Positions 63,501 through 64,000 of a DNA stretch of 64,000 nucleotides are shown piece after piece (position 1 is the stretch's first letter; each line of letters opens with the position of its first letter). The stretch comes from Bugula neritina (lineage: Eukaryota > Animalia > Bryozoa): positions 2,790,001 to 2,854,000 of the forward strand of contig OZ037765.1 in the NCBI GenBank assembly GCA_964035545.1, in the 5' to 3' direction. The position numbers were made by a program, and so were the translations under genes. The notes under the pieces were generated by a model that saw nothing but the letters and a program-made list of their open reading frames with translations, searched no databases and was not told the origin of the DNA.

Positions 63501-63684
63501 TGTGTTGTGTATGTGTGCCTTTGTGTGCATGCATGTGTGCCTTTGTGTGTATGTATATATTTTATCTGTAGCACCCAACTCACCAGATGGACTTACAGTT
63601 GACACCAGAACTTCTACTTCAGTTACCATCTCCTGGTTTCCAGTAGTTTATACAGATAAGATCTACTCTATTCAACAGTACCAG
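50798..63684 (+). CDS. Receptor copy 4 (3'-incomplete in window): SP-PAN-PAN-variable domain-FN3-FN3-like-FN3...
   Basis: Exons 50798-50870 (MDRLYLCFQLWIFLVSASITSPVQG), 52861-53118, 53889-54152, 54777-55274, 61519-61839, 62108-62205, 62593-62779, 63572-63684. All open and phase-consistent; the gene continues past 64000. Confidence 0.85.
55933..56215 (+). mobile_element. Probable solo LTR (older)
   Basis: TGTTGT...ACTACA termini, internal AATAAA (~56116), imperfect TSD (ttat/atat), and similarity to 60308-60714 in the opposite orientation. Confidence 0.45.
56322..59998 (+). mobile_element. Defective Sola2-like DNA transposon with ~950-bp TIRs
   Basis: Termini gggtcattccacgccaactcaacaagg / ccttgttgagttggcgtggaatgaccc with a 4-bp TTAT TSD. 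TIRs span ~56322-57275 and ~59030-59998 (mirror ORFs 56658..56846+ and 59463..59651-). The broken transposase remnant at ~58215-58400 reads FSD...AQYKN...WNSFSTSH...CDGVGG. Confidence 0.8.
57513..57578. repeat. (TA)n microsatellite inside the Sola2-like element
   Basis: Perfect AT run. Confidence 0.95.
60308..60714 (-). mobile_element. Solo LTR (Gypsy-like)
   Basis: TGTAGT...ACTACA termini and an exact 4-bp TSD ATAG (60304-60307 / 60715-60718). TATAAAA (~60479) and AATAAA (~60405) lie on the - strand in the expected order. Confidence 0.7.
62922..63060. repeat. Degenerate (TATG/TGTA)n microsatellite
   Basis: Tandem tatgtg/tatg units in copy 4 intron 7. Confidence 0.9.
63439..63560. repeat. 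Degenerate (TG/TATG)n microsatellite abutting the copy 4 exon 8 acceptor
   Basis: Directly visible; same intronic position as the repeats in copy 3. Confidence 0.9.
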
Positions 63685-64000
63685 GTGAGTAATAGATTAA
63701 AAGGCATCTTTTTAAATTAACTGTCAAATGTTACGCCCACTTGATATACTACATGCTCTGCAAGTTACCAAAGACACATTTGTATATTATCTTGTTGCAT
63801 CCTGGAGTATATATCCCCGTTACAAATTATGCCTATGATTTACATACACAGCGTCATTCATTTTTACGCTGTAACATACCCTGGGCATCTCAAACTTTTT
63901 AAAATAACCCTTAATAGAAACACTCAAAATTTTGGGTGAAAATTTTTTTCAACAGGGCAGTTTTTCATATGAATATATTTTATGATATGAGTAAATATAT

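Overview
AT-rich, intron-containing animal (invertebrate-like) genomic DNA; no prokaryotic features. From 20.4 kb to the window end lies a head-to-tail array of four paralogous + strand genes for type I membrane receptors, reconstructed here exon by exon from splice sites and reading phase. The shared layout is signal peptide, two PAN/Apple domains, a ~165-aa beta-rich domain with hypervariable patches, FN3-like domains, an optional FN3 plus receptor-PTP-type juxtamembrane domain with an RKKR furin site, an optional Sushi/CCP domain, a TM helix, and a non-catalytic tail with NPxY/YEEV/YEKV/YENT tyrosine motifs. Copy 1 (747 aa) and copy 3 (~917 aa) look intact, copy 2 carries three lesions, and copy 4 runs off the window. 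The copies differ in ectodomain modules, in putative ligand-binding loops and in tail tyrosine number, which fits a diversifying immune or self/non-self recognition receptor cluster (inference). Head-to-head with copy 1 is a two-exon gene, absent from the ORF track, for a 61-aa secreted peptide. The first 19 kb hold a deleted pogo/Tigger-type DNA transposon, a decayed R4/Dong-clade LINE in TAA repeats, low-complexity DNA and weak exon candidates. The cluster also carries a Sola2-like transposon with ~950-bp TIRs plus a related MITE, two Harbinger-type MITEs, solo LTRs, a tRNA-derived element and long microsatellites. Domain and TE family calls come from motif recognition only; no database search was run.
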